64,000 nt of DNA from NCBI RefSeq assembly GCF_009914755.1, contig NC_060932.1. The stretch is one strand, 5' to 3'. Shown here piece by piece: positions 21,314-36,239 of this stretch. This DNA is from the human T2T-CHM13v2.0 reference genome, Homo sapiens. Numbering within the stretch: the first letter of the stretch is position 1; each line of letters begins with the position of its first letter. Position numbers and translations under genes: made by a program. A model generated the notes under the pieces. That model did not search any database and was not told the origin of the DNA. It worked only from the letters and a program-made list of their open reading frames with translations.

Positions 21314-22945
21314 CTCCAGTTTAGTTAACTCCAGTAGTTGACTAAAGCCAATGTAGATATCTTACAACACTTTATAAGTTATAAGCAATATGCATATATA
21401 TAATTTAATTTTTATTTGTTATCTTAATATTTCAATCAAATAAATTGTATCTCAGAAGACGTGAAGGGATTGACCCAGTCCTCACATCTGGAAGTAAAAT
21501 GGCAGCCAGGCTTCTGGAGGCTGCATGTCATGATCTTTCCTCTACAGAAGTATTTCTTGTTATCATCTCTCACATTACTGAATGTGTTATCAACAGGAGA
21601 TACACCCAATATAAACTACAGCAGAGCCCACAAGCCAGACTGAACATCTAGATTTCACTCTTACCCAGTTTAAAATCCCCAAATTTCTCCAACAGCAAAA
21701 ATGTATGCCCTAGCTCAGGATGGTGGAAGTGGAAGTGGGTTAGGCTTTAGTTGCTTCCCAGGAGCCATGGTAACTTATGATGGCGGTGTGGCAACTGTCT
21801 CCGACATGTCATTCTTTCCATAGAGCCTTTCAATAAGGCTTCATGTCTTACAGCAACAGTTCTCAAAATGACTAGTGTAAATCCCCAAAAGATGTAACTA
21901 TTTTCTTTGTTGGCAGTACATTAAGCAAAAGTTCATTAAAAGTGTGTGACTGTTAAGAAGGAGGATGGAAGGATTTCTTTCATACCCAACACAAAAATTT
22001 CTCATGCTAGACCCCAGCTCAAGAGGGCTAAGTGATTGTGTTAGGTGGTTGGCTTTACTAGTAGGCCAATGCAGGATAAAGACTGAGTATCTCTTGGGAA
22101 TTCCCTCTAAACTAGAAATCATTACATGATACTTCTTGAGTGAACAACTAAAACTCCCTCCTACTCCACTCCCATTCTCTCCTGGGAAAACAAGCAGACC
22201 CTATTACAAGCATTGTGTTCAGCTCTGGAAGATCATGAGAAACTCCAGCTTTTATGCTGTTGCCATTGTGAACTTGGTTTTCCATGCATCATGAATGCTG
22301 GGGAAATTTCTATGAGATAGGGAAGAGGTAACACAAGATGACTATCAACAGAGCTGTAGAAGAGTGCTCTACTTCACTCTACAGGTGTAGTGACTACAGA
22401 TACATGTAAAGACTACTAAACATTTGTAATAATGAGCATATTTCAGGAGCTATAGTTGCAAAGCAAGAATGCATAGTTTTTCCTCCTGAAATTTGGATAG
22501 GCCCATTTAGGAAGAGTTAAGGACTTTTTCAAAGGCTCAGAATTAGATCAAGTACTATAGTTATTCAACTAGCCTAGGAGTGGGAAGAGCTAGAGAAAGA
22601 GAGAATAGCCAGCATCTTAGTAAACACTTAAGAGTCAAAGCTGGTGAAATTGAATGCTATTATTTTTAAGCTCAGGACTTGAAATCCAGACAAAGCTAAG
22701 AGGTTTCAAAGTTGATTGGATTTTAGAATGGAGTAGAAAGTAAGAAAAACACAATCCAAACAAGAAACCCCAAGTTAAGAGTTAGAGTGGGACTGAAGAT
22801 TCAGTGGGGTCTTCCAACAGTTCTTGGTTATATAGTGCACAGGTGGACTAGCCCTGAATAAAAGACATAGGGTTAAAACAGATAATTTTGTTCTCAACAA
22901 TGCTGAATAACAGGGGTTCATCAGTGATTGCTCCCTTTTAATCTT

Positions 22946-23071
22946 TTTTAAAATTTATTTTATATTAATTTTTTTTCTGTTGATGCATAGTAATTTTACA
23001 TATTTACAGCATGGAATGTGATGTTTCAATACATTTATACGCTGTGTAATAATCAAATTAAGGTAGCACTA
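22946..23071 (-). mobile_element. Short L1MA 3'-end insertion
   Basis: T-rich tail, then 'gtgatgtttcaatacat...tgtgtaataatcaaatta.ggta'. Flanked by the repeat tttaatctt (probable TSD). Confidence 0.7.
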
Positions 23072-24954
23072 TCCTCTTTAATCTTAAAACAGTCTAGTGG
23101 TCAATGTCCTAAAGAAAATAAAGTGTGTGCACACACACACATGCACAAACACACCCTTTATGCCATAATATGGCATAACTTTCCAGCTCAGGAAATACAA
23201 TATATTATACTGCTTGAATTTCACTTTCACCATATGGTTCTTTAAGTTACTCTTTTCTTCATCTCAGTGATCCTTGTGTCCCCAAAAGACTTTGTGTCTC
23301 TCTTTTCCCTCTGAGTTTAAACCTGTGCAAAATGTGGTGGCTTCTACTACTCTTTCCCAGGGTCCAAACTTGAGGAAACATATAGAAGTTTATGCCTTTC
23401 TCAAGATATGGTTACCAGGATTTTGAATATGTTTTGGGATAAAGGCAGGCATAAGAAAGTGGTATTTCACGATTCAGGAAGGTGAGATATGATTTCTCCT
23501 AAATAATAGATACCATGGGTTAGGTGCATGTTACCTGAGACATCTAAGACAGAGTTGCTCTTGTGACCTTAACCTGTTTCGATCACTTTCCTATGTACCC
23601 AGTTCAGTTTCCCTTCTCAGAAGCTTCCAGCCCTGTTCTGCTGAAGAAGTAGGCCTGGAACTACATGTTTGTATCAGATTGTGCCTTAGTCTTACCAAAG
23701 GTAATTGGACACATTGCAGAATTGTGGTCCTTTAGCTGATCCCCACTTTTGAGAATCTGAACTCAAACATCAAAAGCAGTGCATATTGGGAAGTGAAGGT
23801 CTAAGCGCACATAGAGAAGACAGATTTAGAATTCGAGTTAACAGTGTTAACCCAAAGTTAACAGGATAGTGCCTTATCAAGGAAGCTGGTTTGCAGAGGA
23901 AAAAATGGAGCATTCTTATAGAGAAAAAATAAATACATATTTTGTCCCAAGAAAGGAATAGAGAGAAGATGTCTAATGATTTTGAGGTTCCTATGAACTC
24001 CCCTTGTTTAACTTCTTGTCTTTGAGTTCTCAGTGAGGGTCCTTTATCCTTTCCAAAAAAAAAAACAACAACAAAACAAAAAAATGTTTTTCTTAAACTT
24101 GTTTGATAAAAGAACGATCCTTGACTAGAATATCCTACACATGACTGAGTCTCATGGACTGGCAGGTAGATCCATGGGATAGAATGTGTATAAGTTATTT
24201 TTAAATGATCCCAATTATCTGTCAAATTAGAGCAATTTAGGATCCAAGTTTCCAGTATGTAGCCCTAGACTTAAAATGGTTTCCTGACCTTAAGATACAG
24301 CCTACTTGGGACTTTTAGCAAGAGTTTTAGCCTAATCAGTTAGCACATCGTGTAGGTCATCCATGACTAACCACCTACCAGCCACTACCATTGCGGATGA
24401 CTAATTATATTCAGCTATAATGCTGGCTGGCTTGGGACAATTAATTATTGCAATCAAAACTGAATGCGATTAATTAGGTGGTTTTGAGTCACTCAAAACA
24501 ATTCCATTGCATCATTAATAAAAGGACATGAGAAAAATCTATTTACAATAAGAAATAGGCATGAATAAAGAACTTCATAAGAACTTTTGGTTCATCTTTG
24601 AGTCATGGGTATGATAGCAAGGGAGGATTCTCCCAAATGACTTCTGTTACCAAAAAATAATCTAATGAGTCCCCTACACATGTGAAATTATAATAATAGT
24701 GCCCAATTTGGGGAATACATGGATGTCCATATTAGTCATAATTTGATTCATCTGAGGAGGGGATAAGTTTCTGGATAAAGAAATTTGCTTAAAACAGGTC
24801 AAACAGATACTTGCTTAGACTTCTCCAGTTTATTTCATCAGCTCTCTCTTAGAGCTTCCTATTACCAGCGTTCCCATAACAATGCCACATTCATGTAGCA
24901 GCCACAGTAATCTTTCCAAAACACAAAGAAAGTCCTTTCCATCCACCACGGCAT

Positions 24955-25110
24955 GATCCTCAAACTTTCATGGAGGTAAAGATCATTTGGAGAAATTGTT
25001 ACACAGACATTCCTGGGGCCCACATTCAAAGATTCTAAGGTAGTTTATATTTGATGGAGTCCAAGTTTATATTTAATTAGCAGCCCAGTGGGTTCCAATA
25101 CAGTGTCCCA
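24955..25110. mobile_element. MER5A-like hAT DNA transposon fragment within an L2
   Basis: 'ctcaaactt...cagacattcctggggcccac...agattct' pattern. L2-like sequence lies on both sides (~24820-24950, ~25790-26010). Confidence 0.55.
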
Positions 25111-25129
25111 GAGAAAATACATGGTTTTG

Positions 25130-25787
25130 TATGCTGCAATGGCTTGTGGTGTGGTATGGCTCCTCACACGGGGCGCCGGTTGAGGTATTGCTCCTCACAC
25201 TTGAGAGCATTTGCTGTGGGGTCTGCCCGCAGACCCTGACCCAAATGATGGATGAATAAAACGTACACTGACACACAGATATTCTGTTTTGCCAGTCCTG
25301 CTGAGTGTCTGACCACCTACACACCAAGAGAGGTTTGTCACTGCGGCTGGTCCTGAGCAGCTCGCACTCCAGGCATTTATTTAGTATACAATTAACAGCA
25401 GAAGCTTTGAGTAAACACACTTGTGGATAATTAACATGGTTAGGAGAGTAGTTCTACGAATGATTAAAGCTCAGGTACCTTGGTCTAAAGTAAATATCAC
25501 TGGGGGCAACATCCTTGGTCAACCTCCCCCCCACCAAGAGGGCCAACTGGCTCAAAGGTTAGTTAATGGAGGTAGGGTAAACAGACTTAACTGGGGAAGC
25601 CTCTATTGTCCCGAGTATTTACCCTATGACCTAATGCTCTAAAGTAAGAACTGGCTGCCTTCAGCCTGTTCAATTATTACAAGCTGTGTAACCTTTCGGC
25701 CTTCCAAAATGTTTGTGACTATTTCCTATAACTTTCTCTAATATTTCTCTTTAATATTTCTGCCACCATCCTGAGTGAATCCCAACA
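25130..25787 (-). mobile_element. Solo LTR22-family (HERV-K HML-5) LTR
   Basis: The minus strand begins tgttgggattcactcaggatggtggcagaaatatt. 5-bp TSD ttttg at 25125-25129 and 25788-25792. Confidence 0.8.
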
Positions 25788-26695
25788 TTTTGGCATAAAG
25801 CCTATAATTCCTTAGCATGGCAAGCAAGGCCCTGCGTGATCTAACCTCACCTGCACCTGGTTTCATGCCCCACTTCTCCATGCCTTCTTGTGTACACTCT
25901 TCAGCAACACCAAACCATCTGTGGCTCCCCACTCTCCCCCATGCTCTAGCAGGCCTAGGTACTTTTTCTGTTGGTGTTCTCACTCTGGAATGCCCTTCTC
26001 CACTTAGGTCTACTGAGATTGGGTAAATGGTTGTGCAAGCTCTTGCCAGTGAAAGGCTGAGGGGCCTCAACCCAGAGCCAAAATCCAGCTTGTCCCAGGG
26101 TGCTGTCAATATGGAGGCAGGGATACCTTTACCTAATTGAATGCTCAGAGGGCATATGCTTTTGTGGATTTATATGTTCAAAGTGAATAATTTTTCAAAT
26201 TCTGAAAAACGGCTTGTGCTGGAGGCAGCCCTGTTTCTTCATCTGGGCACAACCCTATTCATCCTCCAAGACCCGCCAGGTTACCACTTCTTGCTGGGTT
26301 GGATGTCTTTCCTCTCTACCCCTGCATTGCCTCTAATTTCACACTCATTACATAGTGCTATAATCACTGTGCCTGTTTTTAAGGCTGCTGTCACTTCACC
26401 GGCCTGGGTCATAGTAGTTGCACCATAAATATGTGTTACTATGAAGGTATCTCAGAGAAAATTTTGGTAACGACTAATGTGTCTGAGATTAACAAGAAAA
26501 GCTGCTCTGGTTTCCAGCCCCCTCTAATATTCAACAAACTTTATTGAGTGACAACCCTGTGCCTTGTACTGTACCCAGCTTTGAAAAGACAGAGGTGGAT
26601 TCTCTCCTATACTTTTCTTAAAATAAACTTAACTCTTCCCCTGAATCAGTGCTCTGGCTCCCTTGCCACTCATCTCTAGCAACCTCTTGCCTCTC

Positions 26696-27043
26696 TGTAT
26701 TAGTCTGTTCTCACACTGCTATAAAGAATACCTGAGACGGGGTCATTTATAAACAAAAGAGGTTTAATTGACTCACAGTAACACATAGCTGGGGATTCCT
26801 CAGGAAACTTACAATCATGGAAGAAGACAAAGGTGAAGCGGGCAACTTCTTCACAAAGCAGGGGCAAGCAGAGAAAACAGCCACTTATAAAACCACCAGA
26901 TCTCATGAGAACTCACTCAGTATCATGAAAACAGCACAGGGGAAATCACCCCCGTGATCCAATCACCTCCCACCAGCTCCCTCCCTGTGGGGTTTACAGT
27001 TTGAGATGAGATTTGGGTAGGAACCCAGAAGCAAGCCATATCA
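26696..27043 (-). mobile_element. MaLR solo LTR, THE1D-like
   Basis: tgtattagtctgttctcacactgctataaag...gccatatca, with 5-bp TSD ctctc on both sides. Confidence 0.9.
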
Positions 27044-28809
27044 CTCTCTCCTATCAGATCCTAGAAGGCACTACACACTTCATCACCACTGGGCTTTCAC
27101 CCCTGGTGTTTCCTCCATCTACTCAAATCCCGTTGTCCACTTTGTCAGCATGTAATCATCCTCCAAGAACAAGCTCTTGGTGCATCTTCCAGGAGCCTCT
27201 ATTGATTTTCCATTCTACTCCAAACAATACTTTCCTTGAGCCCAAAGTCTGGGGATGATGGTATGCCAAAGGTGTAATTGTCCACTATGCAGAGAGAGAA
27301 AAGGTATTACCTGGTGCTTCTCACCAAGGCTTATACTCAGGTATGTTTTTGTTGTTCTCACACAAAGGGGTCTGTTAACCATGCCTGTACTCATGTGATT
27401 TGTCTCCACTTGAAGGAGCCCTTTTGCCTAATTTAAACAAAGACTCATATAGTGGCAGCATTCCCCCTACTTTCTGTAACTTGTTGGAACTTACTATGAT
27501 TGTAGCATGAAGAATTCTGTTTAGGGTTTGTCAGTTTCTGCAGCTACTTTGTATGTTCCATGAGATTGGAGATGTTGTCTTACTGCTCTCTATGATCTCT
27601 GAAGCAAAGTGCTTGGTTCAAAGCAAACACTGAAAAGACATTTATCAAATCAATGAAACAAAGCCTGGGGAAATCTTCCACTCATTGTAAATGTCCAGCC
27701 CACTGACTCACTCAGTGTGTGATTCACACATCCATTCATTTATTTTTCATTCATTTCTTTTCAATAATATGAACCACTCTGGGTTTCAGTTTTGTCACTA
27801 TAAAATGAGAGTCATGATCCCTCTTTCATTACCTTACTAGAAATTTGTAAGGTTTAAAAGAGATGATGTTTAAAAGGCACCTATCAATGTGTAAAATTAA
27901 GAAAAAGAACCATGGGGAGTGAGGTATTGAAAATATAGATACATTTTGGCATTTTTTCAGGAAATGATTTTGTTAAAGCAGCAATATCACAAAATTAGGT
28001 ATTTTGAAAAACATAATTCGGTGGTAGCTCAGTTTTGAATACAGTGCATCTTTCAAAGAGTTAATGAAGCTTTTTAACTGCAAAAATTTCAAAGTCTTCA
28101 GTACAGTGATGCTGTCATACACATCCAAGGCATATTTTCCCAAACTTAATTGGCCAGAGAAACTCATTGATTTAGAATTAGCTAATAAAACAGTCCCCTC
28201 TGCCTGAGAACACATTCTAGAAAAAGATTCAGGAAAACACTTTATTTACATGCACAGCCTTTAGTCAACTTAGTACTAAATTTCACCCAGCAGAAGGAGA
28301 ATCCTTCTAGGTTTATAAAACAACAGATTTTCAGAAAACTAATACAAATCTTTGACAGAGGCAGAATAGTATATTTGATTATTTCCCTGGAGCTCAATAA
28401 AGCCACAATATATTTCAAAACAAGTTTATTTTTATTACTACAACTGCATTTTGAAGTATTTTGAGATCCATGGTAGACGTTATTTTATGTATCACTTTTG
28501 CCCCTGTGTTTCTCCATCTGTCTTAACTCCAGACCATGTTAAGATAGACTCTTCTCTGGAGTGAGGCCCATCTAGGAAGTTATTACAAATCAACTTGAGC
28601 CAACACTATTCACTTACGGAAATCATAGCCTCCTGTCTAGCCAATTTATCCAATGCTTCCCCCAAACATGTATTCATTCTAGTTTCCCTGACTTTGCTCA
28701 TGTTACCTCCTCAATATAAATTCTTCCTTTCTATTCTTCACTCTTCTTTTCCTCTTTGGATCCTTACCTATTTCCCCTTCTTTCTTCTTTCCTTCCTTCT
28801 TCCATCTAC

Positions 28810-29210
28810 CCGTCAACCCACAAGCATTTATCTGACACTGTATTAGGTCCTGGAGGTACATACACAGCTAAGGTTTTTTATCTGCCTTAAAGAAACTTAA
28901 AAAGACAAATATGTAAGCAATGAAGTTTGCAATACAATGTGATCAGCTCATTACAGAGAAATTTATAAGACACAATAGGTGCACACACACATGCACACAC
29001 ACCCACACACACATATACACATTGAAGAGACAAATCTTCTAGGGAGGACTAAAAGAGAAGATAAGAGCAGGGACAACTTTCCAGCAGAAGTGTCTAAGAG
29101 CAAAATCTTGAATATTAATGTTATGACATACACAAAGACAAAGAGCTGTCCAGTCGGGAGGAAAAATACATGCAAAAGCACAAAGGTTGGAAGCAAAATA
29201 TATTTGAAGA
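28810..29210. mobile_element. L2 fragment with internal (CA)n
   Basis: 'aagcatttatctgacactgtattaggtcctggagg', 'atacatgcaaaagcacaaagg'. Further L2/MIR fragments lie around 27540-27900 and 29230-30010. Confidence 0.55.
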
Positions 29211-32200
29211 ATAGTGCCTGACAACAATAGCTAATATTTTTGGGGTGCATAGAGTGTTTCAGGTACTGCCTAAGTAGCTTAACTCAGTAACACTTTAAAT
29301 TTTGTTTTATTATTATGCCCATCACACAAACAAGAAACGTGAAACCACGGGTCACAGAGCCAGTTAATTACTGGAGCAAGGGCTGAAACTTAGACTTTTG
29401 TGTTCTAAGATCTGGTTGCTCAATTGCTTTTATGTGGCTGTAATACAGGAGAAGAGTGAGATGAAGTCACATAAGAAAGGAGCTGCCATCTCACAGAGGG
29501 TCTTTTATGCCTTCCTTAGGTCTGTAAAAATTTCTGGATGCCTTCCCTGGCCACTCTCAACGGACTGTAACACTCTCCTCTTTTGGAGTCTCATAGGCAC
29601 TTGCATGCACGTTACCTGCCCACATCCCTTGAACTGAACAACTGGATTGATGTATTATTTAACTTACTCTCCTAATTAGATTCTGAGGTATCCAGTGGCA
29701 GGCACTGCATCCTCTTCTCCCCTTGATGCTTTGGAGAAGGCTCTCCACAAAATAGACACTTAATTGAAAAAAAATGAATGAATGAGCCCTTGAATCAGCA
29801 TCAAAAGTAGTAACTCAAGGTTTCATCATGTATAGAGCATTTTCACATAATTGACTCTGATAAAAATAAGGCTATGAAGTAGGTACAATCTTCATGTCTA
29901 TTTTAGATATGGGGAAACTGAGACTGAAGAACTGAGGGTTAGGTTAATGTCATTCAATGTTGCAATGGCAAAGGAGTGGGTAGAAATTAAAGCTCTGGAG
30001 GTTCTAATCCCATTCACTAGTTTTCCGTTCCATCTCTGCTAATCATTTTCAAAAATACTTTAAGAGAAAGAGGAGAGGCATTTGTAGGAATAGAGTCTAT
30101 ATTTGATACATTTAATCCTCACTTCCTTTCTAAAACTCCATTACCATCCCAGAACCTAGCCCATAATCCAGGTTTCATTTGCTGAGGTAAAATAACATAT
30201 CATGGAAGCAGAAATGGATAACGTTGGTCGAGTTGCTAAGAAACCCAGAACATTTTTAAATATGCCAGGTCATTGTCCTACAGGGAAACCAATAATATGT
30301 CATGTCTCCATAGTAACTCACTATGAACAGGATGTGAGTTGAAAATAGAGGAAACTATGAGAATGGTAATCAGTAATAAACCTGAAAAATGCTGAGTAAG
30401 AAAATATTCAGTATGGTTAAAAAACTCGGAGAGAATTAGTAGGTAAAGCATGAGCTTTAGATTCGAAGAGACTGAGTTGAATCCCAACCCTCCATTGAAA
30501 AGTGTAAAACCCAGGCAAAACAGTGAAACTCTCTGAACTGCATTTCCCCAGCTGGGATGTACAAGTGTTAAGCATTGCCCTACTAAACTCCCAGGGATGC
30601 TGTGATAAAAGGCTACACAGACATAAAATATTTTTTGAAGAATCATTAGCATTTCTGTCATTAAAGAGGCACATTGTCTCACATAATCTGAGACAGTCAA
30701 CAACTAAAGGTTTATTTTAATTTGGCTCTGGCTTATTTTACGTTGTCGAATTTTCTGTTAGTGAAATTTTATTTGTCAGATTTGTTATGACTGGGATGAA
30801 GTTAAATCAATTGGTTGTTTACTTGTAAGAAGCTTTGAAACCCAGATTTCAGCTATTATCTCCCTACGAATATGACCCTGAGCAAGTCATTTGGCCTCCT
30901 GGTAAAATAACAATAATAATATTGACAAATAATACCCTTAGACTCTCACGGGGGGATCCCTGCCTGAACCCTGTGCCTCAGTGGGCTCAGAGCTTTGCAG
31001 TATTTCCTGAAAGTGGTCTAAGTCTGCCCCTTCCCCGCTACCCCCCATTGCTTGGAACCTGCTGAGAACAACAGTACAACCCAGACAGAGGACTCCAATC
31101 TTGTACCAGGACTTGGGTGGACTTCAGTCCCCCATTTCTACCCTTCAGAGCAGTACCCAACCATCTTCCCTGTGTGGGGTCAACCAGTTGTCCCAAGCTG
31201 CTCTGAGATCTGTGTCTATGAGGTCATTTTTGGGCCTAGCCCTGCTTCTAGGAGTATGGCCTGGTGAACAAATTACTTCCATTGGTCAGTGTGGTTTTTC
31301 TTTCATGGTAAAGGGCAAAATTAAGCTTCCAGAAAGGTACTAATGTGTTGATTTGGGGTGACTTTCACTCACACTGCATATAGGAAAAGTTCAGGTCTCT
31401 GACCCAACAAGAGCCCACTGCCAACCCTTCAACCTAAGCTACATGTATAGGCCTGTGCATCAGTTACCATCCATTTATGTATCGACTGTGGTACCATCTT
31501 TGGTCTACAGCACCTGAGGGTAGCTGAAGTAGAGTTATAAATTTTTAATGCTGTGCCACTGACATCTGGGGTCCCAGTCACTGACCCCCATTGAAGGTTC
31601 TGTGTTATATTGAAGATATTCCTCAAGAGTTGGCTACATCTGTCTCCCGCAAAATCTTCAGAGATTTGCTCAACAGCAACGAGCCCTTCCAATTGATGCT
31701 ACTCTTGCTTCTGACTAATATAGTGACATTGTACTCTCCCCAGGTAGATCTTAAGTCATGCTGAATGAGAGATAGAGATTTTTTAAATAAATTGGACTAT
31801 TCTGTACACATTCCTCCATGCCGGGGTCAATACATTAGAGGCAAAAGTGTGATCACCATTGGAAGAGATCACATTCTAAGAATGCAGTGATTACTGCCTT
31901 AAGAGTTCAGGAGCAGGGATGGTTGATGGATGCACCTTTATGCTATACAATTCTGAACAGTTAATATAACATGGCTAGAAAATGAATCATCATTCAAGTT
32001 TTCCTGCATATTTTGGGTAAGACTTGCACTTTTGTTCATCATCAATAAAGCACCATAATAACATCAGAGAGCCACTGAAAGTCAATATACACAAGTGGGT
32101 TAAAGAATGATGCTGCATCGGAGTAATGTTATAGCTGGTAATTTGTTGTAAATTATATTAGGGAACTGCAGATGTAAGAGAATCTATATTGTTCCAACAC

Positions 32201-33107
32201 AAACAGGTTCCAAAGAGCCATGCATTATGAGTAATGCTACAGTTTCTTCTAATGTGAAATATGAAATTTGATATTAAGAATGGCATGTTTGACAAATAAA
32301 GAATATGGAGAAATGACTCCTGTACTTGAACACAAAGAGACAGTGCCCAGATACTAGAAAAAGTCTTTATGTGCAATGATTGGACAAAAAACAAATATGT
32401 AAGTACCTCTTCTCTACACATAATTCTAAATCCTCACTGATAAACCACTATGCTTCACATGGACTCATTAGTTTTATAACTGTATTTTTAATCAAATTGC
32501 ATGTTTAGATAAGGACCCCACCAGACATACTTACATCAGGCCTTATACATTGCAAGGTGACAGATGCTGACTATGCTTTTGTCACAGGGATAATAAAAAT
32601 ACTATCACCACCACCACCAACTATTATTATTATATTAATTATTCTGTTAGAAAGAATAATAATTACTAGTAAAAGGTAAAAAGCCATTCCTGACACATGC
32701 ATGTCCCCTCACCCCTGAGAAAAACTGACCTCTCCCTTTTTTATGCCACCTTTCTTCCTATTCATGGTAGCAGGAACACCACACTGTGCCTGTTTCATGC
32801 CAGGTGTATGAGCTTTAGGAGAGGGAGCATATACGATTGTTTTCTGAATTCCTAGCACTTGCCACAAATCCTGATGCTGCATTGGCATTTTGGTGAATGA
32901 ATAAAGGAATTAATTAATTTATGAATTACAATGTGAGATAGAAATGGAAAATTATTACAGTAATATTATCATTTCTTTATAAACTCACATTTTAGGACAG
33001 AATGAGCCAGAGTGATGAATTGACAAAACGATGCAGAGGTATAGCATTTATTTTTCAATTAAAAGGGAATAATTTATTAAAATATTCTATAGTAGGTATC
33101 TTAAACC

Positions 33108-33325
33108 AGTGATTCTATGAGTCTCATAGCCTTTTCACCCACCATGAGAATCAGCTTTCATGCCCACCAAACATACAAATTTCTGAGCCCCACACCAATC
33201 CTATTTAATCAGAATCTCTGGGCTAGAGGATGGGAGTTTGGTGGGGGAGGCATGAGGCCCAGGAATCCACATACTTAAAAATATTTTTCAGTTGGTTCTT
33301 TAGTACTCTGATGTTTCAGATTCAT
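33108..33325. mobile_element. MER5A-like DNA transposon
   Basis: 'cagtgattct...gagccccacaccaatcctatttaatcagaatctctggg...ggcccaggaatc'. Confidence 0.65.
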
Positions 33326-33714
33326 TTTTATAGAGTAATATATTCATCTCAATTTTTTGCTATTCAGTTTCTGAATCACGTGAATTCTTGCACCTTTAAT
33401 TAAAAAGGAAATGGGATTCAATACCAGGAGACTTCATGAGTCACAAATTGGTTTATGTTCTTCCATGACCACACTAGACAACTGGGGGACATTTACCTGC
33501 TCCTATGGCATCCTGTTATTTTAGTATCATAGGATTTCTTACATGTTACTTCTATTGCATGTAATATCATTTTTCCTCTTGTCTACAGTGTGAGCTACAT
33601 GAGGACATGGACCAAGGCTATTTGGTTTATCATTATGTTTCTAGCTGCTATCACAGTGCCTGGCCTTCATGAATGCATGGACAAATAAATGAGTTAGTAG
33701 GAATGACTGAATGA

Positions 33715-34257
<543 letters not shown>

Positions 34258-34742
34258 CTTCCTGAGGAAAATGCCTTTGGGAACTATCTAAATTAATGAT
34301 AACTAATTAAATGGATAAAAGAAAGAAAAAAAAGGAACATGATCAGTGAACAACATCCCTTTACTCTCTGTGTTTTCCATTTATGAGGATTTGGAACCTT
34401 AATATATCTTAAAGAAGAACAAAAACAAGAACAAAGTTAGTAAATTCCAAATATGAACCATGCATCTACCAAACAAGAAGACGACTAGATGACTTCATCA
34501 ATCACCAGGGCAAGCAAAAGTATGAGAAATGCCTAATGATGCAGGGCATTCAACTCTGACTCCATTCAGTCCCGAGGCTAAAGTCTCATACTTTCTCCCT
34601 ATGTCTTCACTGTTAGAGTTTCAGAGAGTGTGTCTTTGTTATGTTTGAGGGGACAAAAAAAGGAAGAAAAAAAGCCTTTAAATTTATTGGCAAGCAAATC
34701 AGGGCTTAAATTTAGGGATGGGAGAAATTATTCATATTAGTT

Positions 34743-36068
34743 TACAAGGAGACTTCAAAAAGTTTGTGGAAAGATAAAAATTAAAAATATAAACTTTATA
34801 TCCCAATATAAGCCCCATCAAGTTCAAGACACTTTTTTAGTGACAATATCAATCATTTAGTCCATCCCTAAAAAGTGAGAATCCTGAGAATTTAGCCATG
34901 TCAATGCAATCTTTTTAAAATTATTAACTGAAGAAAAATGGGTGCCCTTTACAGATGTTTTTAGATTAGGAAACAAAAAGAAGTCAGAACAAGCCAAATC
35001 ATAGCTGGAAGGTGGATGCCTAATACTTTCCCACTGAAAATCTCACAGAATTATCCATGTTTGATGAGAGGAATGAGCAGGAGGATTGTCACCATGAAGA
35101 AGCACTCTCTGATGAAGCTTTCCAGGGCATTTTTCTGCTAAACCTTTGGCTAACTTTCCCAAAACAGTCTCATAATAGGCAGATGTTAGTGTTCTTTTGC
35201 CTTCCAGAAATGCCACAGGAAAAATACCTTGAGCATCCCTCATATGGTTTGGCTTTGTTCCCACCCAAATCTCATCTTGAATTTCCACATGTTGTGGGAG
35301 GAACCTGATGGGAGGTAATTGAATTATGAGGGCAGGTCTTTCCCGTGCTGTTCTTGTGACAGTGACTACGTCTCATGAGATCCGATGGTTTTAAAAAGGG
35401 GAGTTTCCATGCACAAGCTCTCTTCTCTTGTCTGCTACCATGTGAGACATACCTTTCATCTCTCACCATGCTTGTGAGGCGTCCCCAGCCCCATGGAACT
35501 GTAAGTCAGTTAAACCTCTTTCTTTTGTAAATTGCCCAGTCCTGGGTATGTCTTTATCAGCAGCATGAAAACAGACTAATACAATCTCCCAAAAAACGTT
35601 GCCATGATTTCTGCTCTTGATCAATGTGCTTTTGCTTTGAGTGGACCACTTCCACCTCTTGGTAGCCATTGCTTTGACTGTGCTTTGTCTTCAGGATCAT
35701 ACCGTTAACCTATTTCATCTTCTATTACAATTCCTTGAAGAAATGCTTCAGAATCTTGATCTTACTTGTTTAACATTTTTTTGAAAGCTCTGCTCTTGTC
35801 TGCAGCTGATCTGGGTACAATGGCTTTGGCACCCATCGAGTGGAAAGTTTGCACAACTTCAATTTTTCAGTCAGAATCATGTAAGCTGAATCAACTGAAA
35901 TGTCTATGGTGTTGGCTATTGTTTGTACTGTTAATCATTGGTTCTCTTCCATTTTGGCATGAACAAGATTGATTTTTTTCCTCTCAGATTTTTATGGATG
36001 GTCTCCCATCTTAGGCTTCATCTTCAATATTGTCTTGTCCCTTCTTAAAGTGGGCTACCCATTTGCAA
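34743..36068 (-). mobile_element. HSMAR2 mariner DNA transposon remnant (one TIR; interrupted by THE1A; truncated)
   Basis: TIR-like 'tacaaggagacttcaaaaagtttgtggaaa'. Minus ORF 35043..35288 reads as mariner transposase (SAYYETVL..L...LAEKCPGKLHQRVLLHGDNPPAHSS). Confidence 0.88.
35240..35583 (+). mobile_element. THE1A-like solo LTR inside HSMAR2
   Basis: t.atatggtttggct...gaaaacagactaataca. Approximate TSD atccc/atctc. Confidence 0.9.
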
Positions 36069-36069
36069 A

Positions 36070-36239
36070 AGATACCAGTCTTATTGGATTAGGAGATGAT
36101 CTTTCTTCATTATGAACTCACCTTAACTAACTATAGCTGCAGTGATCTTATTTTCAAATAAGGTTACATCCTGAGGTACTGGAGGTTAGTACTTCAGCAT
36201 ACTAATTTTGGGGGGAGTGTCACAACTCAACCTATAACA
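36070..36239 (-). mobile_element. MLT1 (MaLR) LTR fragment
   Basis: 'ttggattagg...caaataaggttacatcctgaggtactgg.ggttag.acttca...caacctataaca'. Confidence 0.75.

Noticed and set aside
35043-35669. Mariner transposase ORF as a domesticated gene
   Set aside because: It is interrupted by THE1A, frameshifted, and missing its 5' portion and second TIR.
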